Shown here: positions 59,823 to 64,000 of the stretch, in pieces
How positions within the stretch are numbered: position 1 is the stretch's first letter
Layout of the letters: each line of letters starts with the position of its first letter
NCBI GenBank assembly: GCA_963666515.2
Contig: OY762897.2
Coordinates: 2,624,001-2,688,000, forward strand
Direction: 5' to 3'
Length of the DNA stretch: 64,000 bases
Source: Candidatus Binatia bacterium
Lineage (GTDB): Bacteria > Desulfobacterota > Binatia > UBA9968 > JAJDTQ01
Notes under the pieces: model-generated
Database searches by the model: none
Seen by the model: the letters and a program-made list of their open reading frames with translations, nothing else
What the model was told of the DNA's origin: nothing
Made by a program: the position numbers and the translations under genes

Positions 59823-61910
59823 TCACGTCCGAAATCCCAGCACTTTCGGCGTATCTGGCTTCGTCTGACTTTCCGCCCACAGCATTGCCGCGAGTGCCTG
59901 CGGATCACTCAAGCATGCGAGAATCTCCGCCTTGCGGTGCACGACGGCGAAGTCTCCAGGCGTCAGTGTAGTAATGTCAGCTACATGAACTACCGGTTCA
60001 AAACCGAAATAGTTGCGGAACGCCTCCTTTGCCTGCTCAGGCGACAGATAATTTAGCACGATCTTGAACGTAAATCGCCGCAGAGTCGCCGGGTCAAGAC
60101 GCTCGCCGAAGTTGGTCGTGAAGGCGACGGGGAGAGGGTGGCTTTCCATCCAGGTCAGCATCTCGTTGACTTGGCTCACCTCCCAGCTTCTTTCGGCGAG
60201 ACGCCGGTCGGCCAGCAGTGAATCGGCTTCGTCGAAGACCAGGAATGCTTCGGCGTCGCGGGCTTCGGCAAAGGCTTCGGCGATGTTCCTCTCGGTTCCA
60301 CCGACCCACATCGACATGAGGTCGGATGCGCGCTTCTGCACGACTTCGAGACCGAGGCGATCCGCGAGATAGCGGACGAACGCGCTCTTTCCGGTGCCCG
60401 GCGGCCCTTGAAGGCACAGGGAGAAGTGATGCGCGCCGGATGCGACGAGGCGGTCCGCGAGTTGCAGCGGGTCCACGTCAGCGCGGATCAGCGCGGGATC
60501 GTACTTGTCGGGCGGCCGTTGAGCCGGCGGTTTGTCGCCCGACAGCACCCGTGCGAGTCCACGCACGCCCCGGCGTACGTCGGTGACGGTCCCGCCACCG
60601 AGCCCTGCAGCGGCGGTGACCCCGGAAGCAACGCCCGGCGTCACGTCGAACTCTCGTGTAAGGGCGTGAGCGTCCTCCTCGGTCGCCTCGATCCCATGGT
60701 GTGCGAGTTGTCGCGCCCAGATCCGCGCTCGGACCTTGGGTGGGGGTTGGCGGAGTTCCAGCGCGAACATCATGCGGCGCAACAGGACCGGGCTGGTCGT
60801 CCCGGCGGCATTCGACGTCCACAGGATGGGCACTGGAGTCTGCTCCAGGAGCCGGTTCATGAATACCTTCGAACCCCCTGCCGAACGCGCGGGAGCCCGA
60901 CGGGACCCCAACAATGCCGCCAGCACTTCTCCCTGCCCGGAAAGCAAATCCTCCATCTCGTCGAAAAGCAGGATCGATCGCCGGTCTTCGGCAAGCAAAC
61001 GTTGGGCCAGTCGGAGTTCCTGTATCCTCTCCTGGCGGGAAGGTTCGCCGCCGGCGGCATCCGATTCTCCCACCACGTACAGCGGTGCTTCCAGGCGGGC
61101 GGCAAGAGTCTTGCAAAACTCGGTCTTGCCTGTCCCCGGCGGCCCATAAACAAGCACATTCACGCCCTTCTGGCCGTTCCGTAACGCCCCACCCAGGATC
61201 CGTTCGAGATGGTCGCGGTCGCCGGCGACATGGTCGAAATCGGGCCAGCACAACTCGCCAGGGCCAGCCTCGTCAAGCAGCAGGCGTTGCACCTCGAAGC
61301 CGCCCTCCCTCGGAACCCAGTGGAGTCGAGTCATCCGGGTGATCAGCGTCAAGTCGCCATCGTCGTCGATGGATACAAGCCCCGATGCCAACAGAGGCGC
61401 GTCGGGCGCCAACCGACGATGGACCGTGGCGGCGGACAGACCAAGCAAGCGCGGGACAAAGGGGTTGTTCACTCCGAAGCCGTTCCTCCTCCAGTGCAAA
61501 TCCTCGAAGAGCGCGTCGATCATCATGGCCACAAGAGACCCAGTGCGGCGGTGCAGCAACAACTCCAAGATCGCGGTATCGGTCCGGGAAAGACGCGTAG
61601 TCCTTGCGAGATGTCTGAGGCGCCTCGCCGTCCGATCCGGGCGTACGTGTCTGGCTGCTGCCAAGGCGGTCCTCGAAGCCAACCCCACACGTTGCCACAC
61701 CCGCGCGGGCACGTCCTGGTCTCGCAACCCCTGTGTCAGCACGCGTGCGGCCTCGTCGTCCTCCCTCAGCAGGTACGGAAGGCCCAGTTGGTCCTCATGC
61801 TGGCTGAGCCAAAGCAGCAGGTTTTTTGCCTCCTCGTCGCGGCCGCGGAGGTGCGGAACAACATTGGACAAGTAAAGGAGGAGGAGACGGCGTTCGTAGG
61901 AAGACAACAT
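59823..61910 (-). CDS. AAA+ ATPase with two tandem AAA modules
   Basis: GPPGTGKT / LLFDEMED and GPPGTGKS / LVFDEADS; TTNF, LDPATLRRF. Confidence 0.92.
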   Translation of the reverse strand: MLSSYERRLLLLYLSNVVPHLRGRDEEAKNLLLWLSQHEDQLGLPYLLREDDEAARVLTQGLRDQDVPARVWQRVGLASRTALAAARHVRPDRTARRLRHLARTTRLSRTDTAILELLLHRRTGSLVAMMIDALFEDLHWRRNGFGVNNPFVPRLLGLSAATVHRRLAPDAPLLASGLVSIDDDGDLTLITRMTRLHWVPREGGFEVQRLLLDEAGPGELCWPDFDHVAGDRDHLERILGGALRNGQKGVNVLVYGPPGTGKTEFCKTLAARLEAPLYVVGESDAAGGEPSRQERIQELRLAQRLLAEDRRSILLFDEMEDLLSGQGEVLAALLGSRRAPARSAGGSKVFMNRLLEQTPVPILWTSNAAGTTSPVLLRRMMFALELRQPPPKVRARIWARQLAHHGIEATEEDAHALTREFDVTPGVASGVTAAAGLGGGTVTDVRRGVRGLARVLSGDKPPAQRPPDKYDPALIRADVDPLQLADRLVASGAHHFSLCLQGPPGTGKSAFVRYLADRLGLEVVQKRASDLMSMWVGGTERNIAEAFAEARDAEAFLVFDEADSLLADRRLAERSWEVSQVNEMLTWMESHPLPVAFTTNFGERLDPATLRRFTFKIVLNYLSPEQAKEAFRNYFGFEPVVHVADITTLTPGDFAVVHRKAEILACLSDPQALAAMLWAESQTKPDTPKVLGFRT

Positions 61911-61956
61911 GACAATCCCCCATTTTGTGACGTTCTATGGGGAGGTTACCGGAATC

Positions 61957-61977
61957 GTGCGTCAGATTCGGACGCAC
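61957..61977. promoter_or_regulatory. Operator-like palindrome upstream of the AAA-nuclease-WYL module
   Basis: gtgcgtc-agattcg-gacgcac (perfect 7-bp arms), about 47 bp upstream of the ATPase ATG. Confidence 0.6.
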
Positions 61978-62024
61978 TTCGCTGTCGTCGAGACAGATTT
62001 GTTCTAGAGTCGAAGCACTTGTTC

Positions 62025-63032
62025 TCAGACCCGCGGCAGCACCGCCGCCCCGAACAACTCCATGGCGTCCAGGATGTCCTTCTGATCCAGGCCTGGAGTC
62101 CAGTCGAAACGCAATAGCAGCAGGTCGGGCTTGAGGGATTCCTCGTAGGAACGGATTTCCTCGACGCAGTCCTCGGGGGAGCCGAGGATGAAGCGGTGGC
62201 GGGCCAGGCGGTCGAAGTCCCAGGTGAGCTCGTCGGGGTTGGTCATGGCTTCGTCCTGGCCCCACTTGACGTAGACGTCGCGGTAGAGCTTGTCGAGGCA
62301 GGGGCGGGCTTTCGCCACGGCATCTTCGCGGGTGGGGGCGACGAAGCACTCGCGGACCATGACCAGGGCGCCGTTGCCGGGCTTGCCGGTGTCGGCCCAG
62401 GCTTGGCGGAACAGTGCGGTCTGGTCCTTCAACTCCTCGATTGCCGAGTGGGGTCCCACGAGCCAGCCGTCGCCGATGCGGGCGGCGCGGCGGACGCCCT
62501 TGTCGCCGTTGGCAGCGATCCATACGGGCGGGCGCGGCTTCTGCAGCGGGCGCGGGGCGATGGTGACGTCCTTCAACTCGAACGCCTTGCCGGAGAACGA
62601 GACGTGTTCTTCGGTCCACAGGCGCTGGACGATCTCGACCCCTTCCACGAACCGGTCGAACCGTTGCTTCTTGGTGAGGTTGAAGGCGTCCAGTTCCTGC
62701 TGCCGGTAACCCAAGCCAAAGGAGAAGACGGAGCGGCCCTCGTTCATGACGTCGATGGTGGCCAACTCCTTGGCGATGACCACGGGGTCGTGGAGGCCCA
62801 GCAGCGTGGTGGCGGTGCCGACGCTGGCCTGTTTGGCCTCGGCGCAGAGCCGGCCCAGGAGCGGAACCTGGTGGAGGCGCTGGAAGCCGGGGATATTGTA
62901 GTGCTGGCCCATGGTGATGGCCTCGAAGCCCGCCTCGTCGGCCACGCGGGTCTGCTCCGCGAGCGTGGGGAGGAGAGTTTCGGGCGGCTTTTCGATGGAG
63001 ACCTGGGGGTTGAGTTGGATGCCGAACTTCAT
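62025..63032 (-). CDS. LLM-class flavin-dependent oxidoreductase
   Basis: MKFGI, HDPVVIAKELATIDVMNEGR, GLGYR, PLQKPRPPVWI. Confidence 0.92.
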   Translation of the reverse strand: MKFGIQLNPQVSIEKPPETLLPTLAEQTRVADEAGFEAITMGQHYNIPGFQRLHQVPLLGRLCAEAKQASVGTATTLLGLHDPVVIAKELATIDVMNEGRSVFSFGLGYRQQELDAFNLTKKQRFDRFVEGVEIVQRLWTEEHVSFSGKAFELKDVTIAPRPLQKPRPPVWIAANGDKGVRRAARIGDGWLVGPHSAIEELKDQTALFRQAWADTGKPGNGALVMVRECFVAPTREDAVAKARPCLDKLYRDVYVKWGQDEAMTNPDELTWDFDRLARHRFILGSPEDCVEEIRSYEESLKPDLLLLRFDWTPGLDQKDILDAMELFGAAVLPRV

Positions 63033-63111
63033 GATGCTCTCCTGTGGTACGTTCGCCGGGACGCGGGCAGATTCCAACCCGCGCCTATGAGTCTTTCCGA
63101 GTGAGCGAACT

Positions 63112-63227
63112 GCCCTTCGACTTCGCGACGCTTGCGCGTCGCTACGCTCAGGACGAACGGAGAAAAGGCTACCTCATCCGTTCGTCCTGAGCGTAGCGGA
63201 GCGCAAGCGGAGTGAAGTCGAAGGACG
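63112..63227. repeat. Inverted REP-like doublet (CCTTCGAC...GCTCAGGACGAACGG family)
   Basis: gctacgctcaggacgaacgg ... ccgttcgtcctgagcgtagc inverted arms. Confidence 0.75.
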
Positions 63228-63258
63228 CGCTTTAGTTTAGCCCGCTCTACCCCGGCCC

Positions 63259-64000
63259 TTAACCTTTTCCGTTGAGAGCCCGCCAGACCCGCTCCGGCGT
63301 CAAGGGCAACTCGCGAATTCGTACGCCGGTTAGCCGGGCGATGGCGTTGGCCACCGCGGGCGCCACCGAGACGATGCCGGACTCGCCCATGCCCTTGGCA
63401 CCCCAAGGGCCGGGGCCGTCCTGGTTCTCCACCAGCGCCACCTCGAAACGCCGCGGCATGTCCGCGAATCCCGGCACCTTGTAGTCGATGAGGTTGGGGT
63501 TGAGGGGCTGGCCGCGGTCGTATTGCAGGCTCTCGCACAGGGTGTGGCCCATGCCCATCATGGCGGCGCCCTCGTCCTGGGCCTCGGCCTGGAGGCGGTT
63601 GATGGCCTTGCCCACGTCGGCGACGCTGGCGTAGTGCGGCACCCGCACTTCGCCGGTCTCCTCGTCCACGGTGACCGCCGCGGCGCCCATGCCGGTCTCC
63701 CAGAACACCGGGAACTGCGCGGGAATGCCGCCGCCGGCGCGCACGTAACCCCGGCCGATGAACTCGCCGCCGGGCATGGCGAAGTAGGCGCGCACCACGG
63801 CGCCGTAGTCCATGCGTTGAACGGGAGGCACGCCCGGAGAAGACCGATCCGTGCCGTGCGCCTGCGCCCGGCCGGCTTCGGCCCACCCGTTCTCAAGGAA
63901 CACGTCGGCCGGATCGCAGCCCATCGCCTCCGCTGCGGCCGCGCGAATCTGCCCGGCGAGGTCCTCGGCGGCGAACTTGACCGCGGTGCCCATCACGGTT
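63259..64000 (-). CDS. Xanthine dehydrogenase-family Mo-binding subunit, C-terminal part (5' end outside the window)
   Basis: VDEETGEV, DVGKAIN, GPWGAKGMGESG, ELPLTPERV. Confidence 0.9.
   Translation of the reverse strand, partial: TVMGTAVKFAAEDLAGQIRAAAAEAMGCDPADVFLENGWAEAGRAQAHGTDRSSPGVPPVQRMDYGAVVRAYFAMPGGEFIGRGYVRAGGGIPAQFPVFWETGMGAAAVTVDEETGEVRVPHYASVADVGKAINRLQAEAQDEGAAMMGMGHTLCESLQYDRGQPLNPNLIDYKVPGFADMPRRFEVALVENQDGPGPWGAKGMGESGIVSVAPAVANAIARLTGVRIRELPLTPERVWRALNGKG

Noticed and set aside
59683-59880. 65-aa ORF between the AAA ATPase and the GIY-YIG-like gene
   Set aside because: It overlaps the ATPase end, has no motif and no clear RBS; probably spurious or a remnant

Overview
GC-rich bacterial chromosomal window with a catabolic and transport backbone: AmpG-like MFS end, TonB-dependent receptor, two ABC importers, an atypical AroA paralogue, typA, tRNA-Ser(TGA), CYTH protein, two LLM oxidoreductases, tcuAB, asparaginase, secreted nuclease, UbiD, two Mo-hydroxylase subunits, OCD-family protein and a ferredoxin/flavoprotein pair. 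Four accessory or defence patches interrupt it. (1) About 12.9-30.5 kb, downstream of tRNA-Ser: stacked and fragmented toxin-antitoxin modules and a type I R-M operon. Its HsdS is fused to an MNT nucleotidyltransferase and broken by an IS4-family element, and five cargo genes lie between hsdS and hsdR. (2) A 6.7 kb island (31190-37883) inserted into the centre of a REP-like palindrome with an 11-bp direct repeat. It carries a decayed integrase, a second IS4 copy, a HEPN-motif gene and an unrecognised MerR-HTH / N6-methyltransferase / His-motif-protein operon behind a perfect 13-bp palindrome, which is my best candidate for an undescribed system. (3) hipBA plus an ATPase. (4) A tandem-AAA / GIY-YIG-like / WYL module with an operator-like palindrome. 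All family calls come from recalled motifs and hand alignment; no database search was run.
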